Shown here in pieces: positions 1 through 14,000 of a stretch of DNA of 64,000 nucleotides. The notes below the pieces were generated by a model that saw only the letters and a list, made by a program, of their open reading frames with translations, ran no database searches and was not told where the DNA came from. The DNA comes from Camelus dromedarius. Taxonomy: Eukaryota. Position numbers and translations under genes: made by a program. Position 1 is the first letter of the stretch. Each line of letters starts with the position of its first letter. The DNA lies in NCBI RefSeq assembly GCF_036321535.1, contig NC_087438.1, forward strand, positions 8,434,001 through 8,498,000. Direction: 5' to 3'.

Positions 1-3000
1 ATTTTGGTTAAATATTCCATGATCACCCAAGACCATTCTGCATAGAACAAGCATCTATGGTGTCTAGCTGAGTTGTCAAAATTCTGAAAGGGGGCTTCTA
101 AGATAACCTTGAGCCACAAGTAGATATTTCTCCTCTTTATTTGAAGGTACAACAGGCTTTCTGAGTGTCTATTTCTTCTTTAATAAAGAGCTTCCTCACC
201 ATGAAAAAATCTTCTAAGGCTTTCCCCCTAGCTGTATACTATTAGCTAGGAATTTTCTATGTGAGGATTTCCATTATCAGAGGTCAGAGATGATGGCAGC
301 ATTTCAACCAGTATGCTGGATAGACACAGGGAACTGGTAGCTAAATGCTCAAGATAAAACTGTGTGAAGTATAAATAAATCCAAACTGAACTTAATTGAC
401 AGCTTAATGATAATATCAAAGTCAGCCAACAGGCATCATGCACAAAAGTAATTACTTAAATGTCTCAAAGGATTTCTATACAGTCAATATTTATATTTAT
501 TTTACTTTAAACTAAACTGCTGGAATTATGAGACACTGAATTGCTACTGGTAAGTTTTATATGTGACTATATCTGTGATGACAAAGTTTAAGGACATAAT
601 TTTACCCACTTCACTTACTACAACATAATCTGCATATTAAAATTCATTTTAAAAAAACCTGTACATGAATATAAAGATGAAAGAATTAGAAAGCACAAGA
701 GAGGAAGGAGTGTTATGGCATACTCCTTTATATAAGTCCCCTACAGTACCAGTATAGAATTTCCATCAGAAAGTCTGGTAAAACGTATAAACATACGTAT
801 CTGTCATTTGTATATTTTTCATCCATCACATAAAACTAATGGCAGGAAAATATCTAATAATTTCATCAGTCAAGGTAGATGGGGGGGTTATGCTACAGTA
901 AGGACATCCTAAAAAACTTAGCAGCTTAAATTAACAGAAGTTTAAGGAGAATAAATTTTGCAGTGCCCTTCCACTCTTCCCTGGGCTTGGCATGCCTCTG
1001 GAGTTTTGTGGTTGCTTGTTACACAGCATTATTTTGGTAATGGATAACTGACATAGCTCTCAGTCTCCTGGGATCTGAATGTAGCTCCCAGTTTATTTTC
1101 TTGTTTTGATAGACACTATTTAAAATCAGTTTCAAGCTCACATCTATACATTGGCTTCCCCAATCCACAAAGCAAGAGTTACATAAAATACAAGGAGGCA
1201 TCAGACAGTACTTGTTTTACTGTATTTCTTGCCAAGACGCTAGGTGTTAACATGAGCCATTCTCTGTGACCAGCTGAGCTCTACTGTTTCCACATCACTC
1301 GATGCTCCTACCCACCACCTCTGTCACTTCTCTTCTCGTCCTCCTTCCACACACACCTGCAAAGATAACTTCATGTCACCATCCCCAAGCCACTCTCCTA
1401 AGGTCAGGGACTGCTGTATTGGATCCTGGAGGTGAAGATTCAAGGGGAAGGCCTCGTCAGACTGTTCTGCTTAGATGTGACTATAATCCCTTCATACAGG
1501 GAGGGCTTCCTTTGGGCACTCTTCAAAAACACCAGGTGGTTAACTGAGTTTCTCTCTCTCTGACTCAGAGGTACTGATTCCCTCTTGCCTGGGTTTACTT
1601 TCTTCCATTTCTTCTTGCTCTGCTCTCTGCAGATGCAAAGGAGACCTGACCGATGACCCACATGAGCCAGACAACCAAGCTCCCTACTTACCTCAGAGGA
1701 GAGGCTGGGTACCTGATCATGTCAACTTCAGTCACAATGTTACCTCCAAAACGTGGCAACAGGAGAAACGTGCCACAAATTTAGGGTGAAGCATTCAAGG
1801 ACAATAAAGGCAAATTGCTATGGGAGTGGGCAGGTAATACATATGACTGCGGTAGGCTGGCTGGAGCCAGAGGTGGCTAAAATCTGCTAGCTCCATCCAA
1901 AGGGGATAAGAGCTATTCAAGCTATAGTCAATCACTCCTAAAAAAATGTTTCAATCTTCCATACGCTTAAAAGAAAGAAAAAAAAAATCTGTAAAAAGTA
2001 GTAGTTGGCAACTAATTTTTAAAGAAAATCTTAACCTGCTCCAAACAAAATAGATAATTTGTGCTATCATTTTGCTACCTTTGAATCAGGGGATGGCAAG
2101 TAACCAAAGGGGTTTGATCTGTTGGGTAGATTTCTCCAGCAGGAAAATAGTGTCTTTGCAATCAGAAAACCTGAGAGGTACGTGGACCACACTGTTTAAT
2201 GGAAGCAACACCCTCCCACCTTGCCTGAGTTTTGTAGAGTCAGTGTTTCACACGGAGGCCACACAGGCAATTCCGTGTGGCACTGTCAAGTGACAGCTCC
2301 TGCCAACATCGAGCATATATTGAAACAAAATCTTCCCCCTTGTTCTAATGTTTATTGAGCAGTTGCTATGCTCAAGGTTCATTTTTGTTGGTTCAAGTAT
2401 TTAGAGTAGAATAAAACATTGTTTCTATCCTCTGTTTTCTGTAGATTGAAAAATGCACAGAAATATTTAGCAAATAAATAAACATGACTTCCAGTGTTTT
2501 GTGTCTGAAAAAGGTAATTTTTAGAAAAAAAGCTGGCTTTGAATTATGTATCTGAATATCTTGTCTATTTGCCAAAGAATTAGACTTTGGAATAAAGCTA
2601 TAAAGTACACTTTGATTAAAACCAAGTTGTCTTTGATCAGAACCAATTAGTAACTGAAATAGTTAAGAAGCAGTAAAGGAATATTTTCCTGGAGAGAGAA
2701 AATTAAAAGAATCATCTCTTGTCTGAGGGATTCTTGTAGAATCTTAAAAGACAATATATAGTATCTTAGTACTTGTACTGGAATCTTCATCTCAAAGCAT
2801 CATTAGCCCACAATCCTACAGTTTTTGCATTTTTCATGAGGAGGAAAGAAAAGAAGAAAGAAAATGATTTCTGAATCAAAAATTTGAACATGCTGTTTTA
2901 ATAGCAATGACTCGAAGACTAGATGTCGTCAAACGTCTTTGAAATTAATTATCTAAGAAGTCTCAGGAGTGTCCATCCTATCAATCTTGTTCGGGCTTGA

Positions 3001-4476
3001 CCTCAAAGGGCCACCTACAAAGTGTGAAGAAAGCTCACACTTCAGAACGATTCCATGCATGGCCTTGGCCGACACTTACTACATGAAGATTAATTAAGAA
3101 GGTTTCTCAGAATACAGATGCTACCTAATGAGAACTGAAGTGACACATACCATTTTTCACTTAGGTCAAGAAACAGATGACAGAGTAGCAGATGGTTAAC
3201 TTGAAGACGGGTCTGATGAAAATATGAATGAGTGCCCCTCAGTTCTCACGCGGTAGCGTGTGGAAGGCACACGGTCACGCAGAGATGCAGAGGGATCCTG
3301 GACCCCAGCCCTCAGCATCAGGGATGCAGCTCAAGTTCTGGCTTCCAGAGAACAGCACACATTAGCAGAGGCCACTGAGGTTTAGAACGGAATGTGCTGG
3401 TGTTAGAGAAGTCCATTTAGATCAGCTCTAATGGATGCATCCTAGACTTTAACCTATAATAAGACAAATGCACTCAAGCTCACTTCTGAATGAATATACA
3501 TTCAGCTTATTCCTTTGAGACCTCCTGTCCAGCCTAATTACGATACAGTTTTTGCAGTTTAGTTGCGGCTCAGAGTTAGGAAAGGCGGAAAGGCTGCCTA
3601 TGTAAAGTATATCTCCTTGACCCCCTTCACTGGAACCTGCTGGAATGAAGGAAAATAACTGACAGAATCACACAGACTGAAAATGGAAAATACCTAAACC
3701 AGCAGTGCAAACCAGTGAAACTCAACTGAAGACACACAAAGACAATGGGTTTCTCTCCGGAGCTAGAGCAGAAGGCAGACTTCTCTGGAATTAAATAAGA
3801 GAATCCCCAGTGTCTCAACCAACGATCTCCTTTCTGACAATGAAACTAGAGACACTGGAGATGAAGCCAGAGGGGAAAGAAAAAGAATAAATTACAAAAG
3901 CATTTGAAGATCTGACATTTGTCAATGGTACAGAAATTAACCGTATCCAAATAGCCAACCAAATGCCGGTAAGGGGAAAATCCCACACCGGCCCTCTGCC
4001 AGGATGGTCCCCTCCCTCACCTGGAGCTGCGTCTCCAGTCCAGAGGATGCTGTACAGAGAAAGAGAAGGTATCTGAGCAGCACATCAGCCAAAATTACTT
4101 CCCCCACCCAATTTTACTCTTGAGCAAACTGTGGGCAAGATCTCTACTCAAAGAATATTAAGAATATTATTAGAAAAAGAAAAGATGAAACAGCATAAAA
4201 CAGAAAAAGAAAAAGGCAGATCAGAGGGATAATTCAATACGCTGCAAAACCGCTTACGTAGCCTTACTCCATTTATATAAATGTATCATATAAAGAAACT
4301 ATCCACATGAAACAGCTGAAAATGTAAACACATGTCTGAGTAGCGAGCTAGAGGAATGAACAAGGAGCTTCTACTCTTTATTCATACAGGTACATTTTGA
4401 TTCTCTTGAAATACCGTTTTAAAAAGATGTGAGTTGAGCTTTGTCTCTGGAAAGAGTAGACGTCTCTCCAGGGAAG

Positions 4477-4997
4477 TGCGGCAGTGCTGTGTCACACTTG
4501 ACCTTTACCCCATCCATCTCGTACTCCCCTCTTGCTCATGGACAGCACATGTGACTTGCTTCCAGCCAACAGAACAGGGCAGAGGGAAGGGATGTCGTAT
4601 CTGTGATCACATGACATTACTAAGACTCTCTTTTGCTAACAGACTTGGTCAAGGGACCCTCCTGGCTGGCTTGATGAGATAAGCAGGCACACTGGGAAAG
4701 CCCACATGGCTCAGAACTGTGGGCAGTTTCAAGGAACCAGGGGCAGCCTTTAAGAGCTGAGGGCAGCCTCCAGCCTCTCACTGGCTGGTAAGCAGCCTGG
4801 ACCCTCAGACCCACAGGCACGAGGAAATGAACATGGAGGCAGGTTCTTCCTCAGTGGAGCCCTCAGCTGAGAACCCAGCCCAGCGGACAGCTTTGTAACA
4901 GCCGTGTGGAAGTGTGAGCAGAGGGCCCAGTCAAATTGTGCACAGACTTCTGACCCACAGAAACTGTGAGATCATACGTGCATGCGGTTTTAGGCCA
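4477..4997 (+). mobile_element. MaLR solo LTR, MLT1E/F-like, 3' end truncated
   Basis: Typical MLT1 motifs: catgtgacttgcttccagccaacagaa, ctgagaacccagcccag, gacttctgacccacagaaactgtgagat...ttttaggcca. Confidence 0.75.
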
Positions 4998-5136
4998 AAA
5001 GCAAAATAAAGAGCAAAATTCTGAAACTGAAACTATTTCCATTGGTATGATCCGAATCATGGTGACAAAACATGGGCAGGCCAGGGGCTAGAGATGAGGA
5101 GGGTGCATTCTCAAGACCTGTGTTCTCCAAACACTT

Positions 5137-5495
5137 TTTAAAGGTCAAGTGTACTGATATAAAATTTACATTCAGTAAAATTCACCATTTTTGGTACAAA
5201 GCTTAAGAAATTTTAACAAATGTATAGAGTTGTGTAAGCACCACCATGATCAAGATATCAAATACTTTTATCCTCCCAGAGGGAATTCTCCTGCCTCTTT
5301 GTCACCAGCCCCCTGTCCCCAACGCCGAGATATCCACTACATGACTTCTGTCTACATTTTGTCTTTTTGTGAATGCGTAGTAAGTGGAATCATATATTAC
5401 GTAGATTCATATGTCAGTCTTCTTTCAGTTAACATAATGCTTTTGAGATTCCGTTGTTGTATAGATTTACTAACTCATTTCTTTTTATTTCTGAA
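5137..5495 (-). mobile_element. Old L1 (L1MB/MC/MD-like) 3' end fragment
   Basis: aaaattcaccattttt...ttttaacaaatgtatagagttgtgtaagcaccacc...gtggaatcatatatt...cataatgcttttgagatt is the reverse complement of an L1M 3' UTR. Confidence 0.7.
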
Positions 5496-6679
5496 CTTAT
5501 TCATCAGGACAGCTACTATGATAAGAGCGTGAGAAGCAGGCGTCTCGTCACTGTGACCTTTGACAACGTGTGACATCAGAAACAGAGCAGGTTCACTAGA
5601 CCCCTCCTGCTCTTGATTCGCACATACCCTGCAAAGTCCTGCGGAAAATCCCCCAGCTCCACACAGAGGCGGAATGACGACTCCCATCTCACCTCTGCCT
5701 TCCCAGTGTCACGTAACTGACCCAACTGGTAAACACCTCCAAAAAATCCAGAATTCTAAACGAAAAGCAGTCTGGAAAATGTACTTTTATCCTTCCAGCC
5801 TCTGTAGTCCAGGAAGACATCCCTTCTCTTTTTATCTTTGTCTCAAATACGGACCAGGGCCCCAAACTGGGAGCAAAGGTTCTGTGACTGACACAGTACA
5901 TGATAAATGTTAAAAGGTCAAAAATTTGTTAGATCAAACTTATATATAAATAGAAGTTTTAATGCTCTCTTTCCACGCTCTCTGTTACGGAAATCACATT
6001 TTATAAGCCACTATTTTTAGACTAGCAGCAACTTATGATAACAAAGTCTATAAATTAAAAAGGGACTCTCCCTAAAAAAAAAAAAAAAAAAGAAAAAGAA
6101 CAATAGCTTCATAAAAGCTTTGAAGGTCTTCAAATGCCTTCACTGTAAGTAACTCTGTCTGACTCTCATGAACCTCTTGGAGTCTCCACTTCTACACCTT
6201 AAAAGTAAAGAGACAGAGTTAAATATTTCTAAGGACTTTCCAACTCTAAATTTCTGTATTTCACTCATTCTAGAACATTAGTTATGACACTACATGATAA
6301 CTCTTCTATATGCAGAGAAAATAGATTAACATGATTAAAAATATGTTTTAACAGGTGATTTTTTTTTTTTAACCTAAGGGAAGTTGAGTAGATTCACCAG
6401 TGATAAAATGTGAAAACATTCAGGGGAGAGTAATCAGCTGTATTTCATTTCTGGAATAATACGCCTCAGCTTATTAAGGAAGGAAAGCCATGAAGCATTA
6501 CCAACAGAAGCTGAAAAATCTCCTACAGTGAAAAGCTTAAGAAAAGATTACATCCTTCTGCAAGAGTTTAATTGTGGTTCTCCCCAGATACTAGAGAGAT
6601 TCAAGTATTTCTAATAATTATAATAACACGAACAATGACTTTTATTTACATACTGTTGTATCTGCTGGGATGTGCCCAT

Positions 6680-7090
6680 CTGTTCAGTCTGAGTAACAAT
6701 GTCTAAACGCTAGAGGTTTATTTTTCTTACATGATGAGTCTGGAGGTATTTACTTCTATGCCGTGGTTCAAGGATGCTGAAGACGCAAGCTCCATCTTTC
6801 TCGATGCCTCTCCCTCCTGGCATGTTGCTGGCCAACTTAGGGCCATGAGTGGCTGCTGCAGTACCAAGCACTGGTCCACATTTGAGGCCGGGATAGCGGG
6901 GAAGGACAGTGCAGTTCCATTATCAGGAAAGCAAGAACTGTCTCAAAACACTCAGTAGCTTTATGCTTTTATTCATCAGATCTGTGCCTCAGGGTACACC
7001 TCACTACAGAAGAGGCTGGAAGATACATTTCAGCTTTTCCATTTTCATAGCAGAGTTGGAAAGGGAGAAGGTGATTGAACCTGGCCAATC
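6680..7090 (-). mobile_element. Old MaLR LTR (MLT1J/K-like), diverged
   Basis: gaggtttatttttcttacatga...ggctgctgcagtaccaagc...gaggctggaagatacatttcagctttt resembles an old MLT1 reverse complement. Confidence 0.45.
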
Positions 7091-9094
7091 TGCAGAGTCT
7101 GGCAGAGACTTTAAAAGTTCAAAGAGCTTTTACAGTGTTACATTTTTAAAGACATCCCCAGCTAGAGCTAACTCCCAGGCTGAGTTACATACAGGCACGA
7201 AGCATTTCGCATCCAGTGACCACTGACTGAGAAAATTCTCCACTACACTGTGCCGTGGTAGGTCTGTGTTTCTTAGTATAATTTAATCATGTAAAATCTT
7301 CTCTTTTCTCTGATCTGTTAAGACACTTGTCAAAACAGCAGATAAAATAAGATGATGAACAAATACTGTACTCTAGAATTGTACACAACGCCAAACACTT
7401 TGAGTTATTTTCATTTTTTTCCTGCTTACTAAGATCATGAAGTGATCAGCAAAAAACCATGTAGAAAGTTAAAACTTCAGCAGAAAGCAGAAAGAGCAGC
7501 AGAGAGAACCGTCTCCATCATTTCTGAAATGGCAAAGTATTCAGATGATGTAAAAGGACACAGTTGTCCATTGATATGAACGGGCTCCTATTAATGCAGA
7601 GATTTTGTAAAGAACAATATTTTAATATTGAATTCATGTTTTGTTAGCTAAAACATCCCTTAGTAAAAGAGTCATTTAAGTATTTTAAAAAAAAAAAAAC
7701 ACAATATGCTCATTTAAATAAAATTAAATGGAGATACTATAAAAATCATAATGGTAGATTATTATCAAGAGATGCTTATTTAGGAAAATAACCTGTAGTT
7801 GTTCCCTTAAAATCCATGGATGCTATGTATTCTGTGAAACACAGGTCATAACAAGCATTTTCACTGTAGAGATTAACCTAAACGCACGGGGATCTTTCAA
7901 TCCAGGGAGGGAGAAGAGAAATACACAGATAACTCTAATACCAGTCAGGAAATACGATGGGTCCCAAGAGAGGTGCAGGCGAAGGAGAGATGATTGTCCC
8001 TTGGGGAGGCTTTAGGGAGCAAAGAACAATTAATTTGGATCTCTACCTGCTTCTCTCTGTCTCCATGTCCTGAATCATCTGAAGGTTTAGGCTAAAAGGA
8101 TGCAATAAGTCTTCCCGGCGACTGTCGACATCCAACCAGGGACCAAACCCCTTCGCCTTGAGCTCTCTCATATCCCACTCCAGCCCCAGGCTACCTCCTG
8201 GGGACAGGGTATGGTTTTCACTCTCCTGGAGTCTTGCCAAACTTCTAGCCTTTTGATCTGATTCTCAACAAGGTCCCTGGGGGTCACTTTTTCCCCAAAG
8301 GAAAATCTGGTTATAGTACTGCCCTGCTTTCAAACACAACCCCTGCCACCCTAACCACCACCTCCACCTCCAATTGTGATTTTTTTCACTGTCTACAGAA
8401 CAAAAGGTTAAAATCCCTCAGTCAGAACAATCTTACACTATCACCAGGGAAATGGCCTGATTCTCAGGCTGGACTGATAGAAAGGATGACACAGAAAGAC
8501 ACAAACAAGGGTTGGGCAGCGGTCCTGAGCCCTCTGTTCCTGGGTAATCTCATCTCCCTGGGCCCCGAGTCTGCCTGTGACATCATGCAGCACTTCGTGA
8601 CATCATCTGGCCCCAGAATTCCTCTGATGCCAAGAGCAGAGCCCCCTATTGTGCCTGCACTGAAGCCTTAATGCCTGGACAGCAACAAGAAGATGGTACT
8701 TGGAGAAACTTTCATAGTCAACCGATTCTGCTTCAAGGGGGACATTATCCACCAGCGACACATGTGGCTTTATTGTTAGTTCACTTATAAGTAAAAGTAA
8801 TAACACCTCCTCTTGGAATTGTATTGTTAGGAATACTTCTTTGATTTCAGCAAACCCATACAGAAGGAAACCCAGTCTATACGATCTGGATGGCGAGTAG
8901 AGGGGAAACAAATTAGGAAGGTAACGTGGCAACCGTGTTCCTCGTCTTCTCTTACTTTTTGCTTCTCCTAAGCCCTCAAGGCCCGGATTCTGTGATGTCA
9001 CTCTCTTCTCATCTATCCAGGCTACTTTTAACCAGTTCCCTTTCCACAATGTCACAGAGCACATCTGTCATCGTTTTTATCCTACAGTGTTGTC

Positions 9095-9245
9095 AGCCGT
9101 TACATACTTTCCTCCTCTACTATTACAGACTTCTGGAAGGAGGCACATACTGTCATTAACCTTTCCAGTCTGCCACCTAAGAGCTCAATAAATGCTTGCT
9201 GACTGGTTGAATCCATATATAGCTGAGTGAACAAATGAATGAATC
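9095..9245 (+). mobile_element. L2 3' end
   Basis: agacttctggaaggagg...gagctcaataaatgcttgctgactgg...aatgaatgaa, the L2 tail signature. Confidence 0.55.
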
Positions 9246-10235
9246 CTCTCAAGACCCTACCGTACACCTCACTTGCTGCTTCTTTTCCTCTCAGACGTCC
9301 GTCACAAAGCTCCTCCGCTGATGGTCCCCAAATCCCAGCCCAGTAAAGCCTAAAGAGCTGTAGGAGTTAAGTCTAATTTTAACCGCGTGAAGCCTTCAAC
9401 AGTTCGAAGGAATTTATTTCCCAGCTTTGAGATGTGACTCCAAGGCTGTGTTTATGTGATAAGCTCAATACTTCTTGGCAGTTAAAAAAAAAATGGAGTC
9501 GATGGCTAAATAGTTACAAAGAAGCCTAAAATAGTTTTCCCGTAAACTGATCTCAGATAGAGCAAAAGCAACTTGAAGGATGTCTAAACTTTCTCCTTCG
9601 TTGGCTTGTACATGGAAATCCTTTAGGGTGGATCTGGGGAAAAGGAGATGAAGAAGACTGTTCATAAACTTGAACTCTTTTCACGAAATCCCTTACCCTG
9701 CTCCCTCCTCCAGCATCTGCAACTGCAGCTCAGGACAGGGGCCACAGCAGAGTCAGTGGACAGAAGGGTAGGGCTGAGCTGACTGTTAGCAGCAAGGTTT
9801 TTGCTAAATGACTCTCTTATTCTTTGTCATGGCGAAACAAAACACAATGCAATCTGATCCCCTGCCTATGAACTTTAAACATATGAAGGAAAACAAGTTT
9901 TAATCGCCTGTCACTCCACAGAATCCATCCAGATAACTACTCTTTACTTTCAAATGTCTTTCTTACTGACTTAGTTATCAAAGGGGTATCACTGACATTC
10001 ACATTCTTTTAACCCATGACTGGTCCTATTTGATGACATTGTTTATAATTTAATTGGCTTAGTCCTAATTTTATTAGGGCATTTTTATTACTTGCCATGT
10101 ACATATGGAAATGTATTTCTGTCAATTTTAATTGATTTAACACCAAGCTATATTACATTAAGTGTTCAGGGTTTACTATTGCCTTTTAAATTAAAAAAAA
10201 AAAAGCAGATATTCTTAGGCTAATATCCCATAAAA

Positions 10236-10392
10236 ATAATAACATATTTATTGTGTTTACTGCACATTGCACACTGTTTTAAGCTCTTTACATATATTAA
10301 CTTTGAGAGTCTCACAACCCTATGAGGTAGATAGTATTATTAACCTTATATTAACAGATGAGGGAACTAAAACATAGAGAGGTTAAATAATG
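10236..10392 (-). mobile_element. MIR SINE
   Basis: MIR core reverse complement: tcacaaccctatgaggtagatagtattatt...acagatgagggaactaaaacatagagaggttaaataa. Confidence 0.8.
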
Positions 10393-10454
10393 TAATAAAA
10401 TAACAGTTTATAACATTTTCAGTTATGGATAACTTTTACATCTTAAGTATCCAT

Positions 10455-10740
10455 GCTAGCCACATGGCATTAGGCAAGATACCTTATCTCATTAAACCTC
10501 ACCTGTCGGATGGGCATTATAATTGTCTATGCTTGCAGATGGAGAGGATTAATAAGATCATGTGTGAGGCACAATGCCCCAGAGAAGTCCTCACTGATTT
10601 TTAGTTAATATTATTATTACTAGCAATTCAAACATTGACTTCTAGTCTTGGATCTGGAGCTAGTATTTTGTGTAATGTTGGAGAAGACACTTAAGCCCCA
10701 AGTTTCCCGAATTTCTTTACCTATGGAGGGAGATGAGCGC
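10455..10740 (+). mobile_element. Two degraded MIR fragments
   Basis: ttaggcaagataccttatctc...cctcacctgtcggatgggcattataat...gaggattaa, followed by gttggagaagacacttaagccccaagtttccc. Confidence 0.5.
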
Positions 10741-12799
10741 AATGTGTAGCAAGATCATAGCAATGTTTGCAGAAGCGGCCGGTCAGCTGTAAGGAACTAT
10801 ACACATACAAACTATCACTTTTATGACATCAACTGGGAGAAAATTGCTTTGACCTTTTATTCCACAATTACCACTTCAGAAAGTCTCAGGGTTCCTGAGC
10901 TCACACAGCTAAATGTTTTCATTAATTTTTTTTTTTATGGCAAAGTTGTAGATGATTTAAAAAAAGAAAAGAAAAACAGCTTTCAGGAATATATTCAACA
11001 AAGCAACTGTCTGAGATTGTCTTGGGACATAAGTCTGTTGCTGCAAAGTTTCACAGCCCTTGCTTCTACAGCTATGGGTGAAATCTAGTGGACTTAGAAT
11101 TCCCACAAACAACATCAAGGCATCAAAAAAATGCTGGAATGTTTTCAGTATTTGCTCTTAATTCACTAAAGGAAATAGAGCAATGTTAATACAGAAATAA
11201 TTTTATAAGATAATTTAAATAAAAATATTATAGTGCTGACAAAGATCAGATTCTAATTAAATGTAAATTCTATTTATTTTAAACTCATTTTCCAATGATG
11301 TTGACTAAATGGGTATAATTTAAATAATCTTTTTATAAATTGGAGATATAAACAATGCTTTTGCATATAGTAAACAGAGAGTAAAAAAACCACTGAGCAG
11401 TCATTCCTTCTAGAAATTAGAGTTTAGTAACCTCCCACAGTTGCCATCCTCAGTGGCTAAAAGTAGGCTAAAAATAAAACAAAACAGATATACTGGCTTG
11501 AGAAAAAAAGATTATATAAGGTTAACTTTTGATTAATTATATGGATAGTAAAAATGGAGAAATGGTACTGAAGCAGCATATGAAAGTAGGATGATTTCTT
11601 GATAATAAAATCTTCTATATGAGCCTGAGGTAATGCTAAAGATGAGTAAAAACAAAGTTATAATTTTAGTCAATGCAAAAGTGGTATGTATACCCTGTGG
11701 CAAATTAGATTAAAAGAAGGAAGAAATGAGAACTTCAGATCTTATATCTTCCTGTGAAAAATAAATATTGAATATGACCAGACAGAAATGGTAAATAAAG
11801 TTGGTGTTTTATTTTCTTATTTTAGGATGAAGAAAATGAACATGAATGGGATATTTCAGTAACACCATTTGCTGTTTCTGCTATTATGATGAAGGCTGAG
11901 TTTAAAATTATTTACTCTTTGTAGAGGTATTTAGCACCTAGATACGTAAGAAATGCAAATACTCACCTACCAAGAACAGTTCTTTTCCTAGTGCTTTCAT
12001 CAGGAAGATAAGGCTTCTATACCAAAACTTCAGTTATGATCAGAATATTTAAAAATCAGCTCCAATTTAATAGGAAGAAATAAAGAAATAAAGCAGAGCT
12101 ACAATTGTGCATCTTTCTTAGGGTATAAATTAGAAGAAAATGTGTGATGGATTTGAAGACTAAAATGAGTCGTCTGAAAAACTCAATCAATAAAATTAAA
12201 CTTGCCATCTTGACCTACTATTCTCCTGGAGAGGAGACCCAGGGGCACCCCAAGGATCCCAAGTGACACCCATCCAAACAGATCAATTCTGTGACAAGAC
12301 TGTAGGTCTGACATCAAGTTAAATATTACCTTAGTTGTAAATTACCCTCTGTATTTCATTTCATTACATAGAGAGTATATGCTTGCTGTGAGTGATGGCT
12401 TAATTTATTTTTAAAGAGAACTTGAAAGATTTTTCATATGATTATATGTGAAAACAAAGTGAAGGAACCTGATGGAAAGAGTGCTCCCGCAGAGCTAAAA
12501 CTGGTAGAAAATGAAAAAACAGAAACCCCAGCAAAATGGACTGGAGTTGACCTCCCAGGTAGAGAAACAAATGCCTCAACAAATCTTTAAATGTTTTTAA
12601 CTTCCTAGCAATAATGACAGTTCGTTTTTTTTTTGTTTTTTTTTTTATGAAAAACTGTATTTTTAAAGACCACTGCCTGAATTTCTCTCTCCCCTCTAAC
12701 ATCTCATTCAGGTAAAGTTACAGAGCCTAACACTTGTTGCCTGGACAACTTACTTGATTTAAATACATTATAGAGCAGTGTGGAAGCAAACTCACTTCC

Positions 12800-12980
12800 A
12801 AGGTAAAGGAAATTTAGATTTGAATCCATTCTGAAATTGAACAGATAATGTTAGCAACGTTAGCTATTAGTAGCAAGTTGCTAAATCTGCCTTTCTCACC
12901 TTCATTTCAACATGGGGACAATGCAACCTTCCTCCTAGGTAAGCTGTAAGGATTCAGAAAGACAATGAATGAAAACTTAT
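12800..12980 (+). mobile_element. MIR SINE, degraded
   Basis: tagatttgaatcc...gcaagttgctaaatct...catggggacaatgcaaccttcctcctagg...gtaaggatt. Confidence 0.5.
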
Positions 12981-13809
12981 TTGCATTATAGCACTTAATC
13001 CTTATTAAAAGCAACAATAATAGCCATGCAAAAATAAAATATTTTTATGATTATCATTATTAAAAGCAATATGATAGCTGTGCAAAATAAAATATCTGAA
13101 GCTTTTGGGAGACAAGATTTCTGTCTTAGGTTGAATTTCCCTCTGTTGCTCTAGGTCCGAGGAGACAGGATTTAAAAAAAAAAAAAAAAAAAGCGCCCTA
13201 GTTTAATATCCAATATTCTCTGGGCAAGAGTTTATTTCCACAGCCAGTGCAGATGTGAACTGTACCTTCATGCACAAACACTTCATTTCCTCATTTTACC
13301 CAAGAACATCACAAGAGACAGTCAGAGGCTTTATTGCAATCAGGAAGCATTGCATCTTCAGATTGTCACTGCTCTTATCTCTAAGGTAATCCATTTTTTT
13401 TTTTTATAAAAAGAAAAATGAAAATAAAACCAACAAGGCAGTTTCTAAAGCCTCCTCTTAATGAACCCTGATTGGCTCCTTGTGATGACTTTTTTACAAA
13501 TACTCACAAATAACTGGCCTAATAGTTAATTCTAGAACTCTCCTGTTAGTCAATCGAGTCTTTTTACCCAAGGAGAAGATCCTTTAACCAACTACAAAAT
13601 ATTATCCAAGTCATAGCTGCATGTGGACAGCAGATTTCTTATCTTGCTCTTTACTGGGGATTCAGTTTTTAGAGGTCTTGCCAGCAGTCAATATTCTGGA
13701 ATGCTTTGACTCATTAATAGCTTTTTAAAAGCATCTTTCATGTGTCTTAAAACAGAGAAGAAAAAGTGATGGGTCTGCCTTTAAAAAGCTTACCCATCAA
13801 TTTTCAAAT

Positions 13810-14000
13810 ACATGATTTAGCCAGGACTCATTTAGTTGTAAGTAACAGAAGCTCAATTTGAAATAGTTTAAGTAAAAAACAGTGACAAAAAACAAGCAAA
13901 AAATATTTTTTTGAAAGATACTGGGATATCTCATCAAATCTTTCAAAAAGCTGAATAACCAAGCATTCTGTCTTTCTTCACAGGTCAAAACCAAGGCCTC
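13810..14000 (-). mobile_element. Old MaLR LTR end (MLT1J-O-like)
   Basis: ttagccaggactcatttagttgtaagtaacagaagctcaatttgaaatagtttaagtaaaaaa resembles the reverse complement of an old MLT1 3' terminus. Confidence 0.5.
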
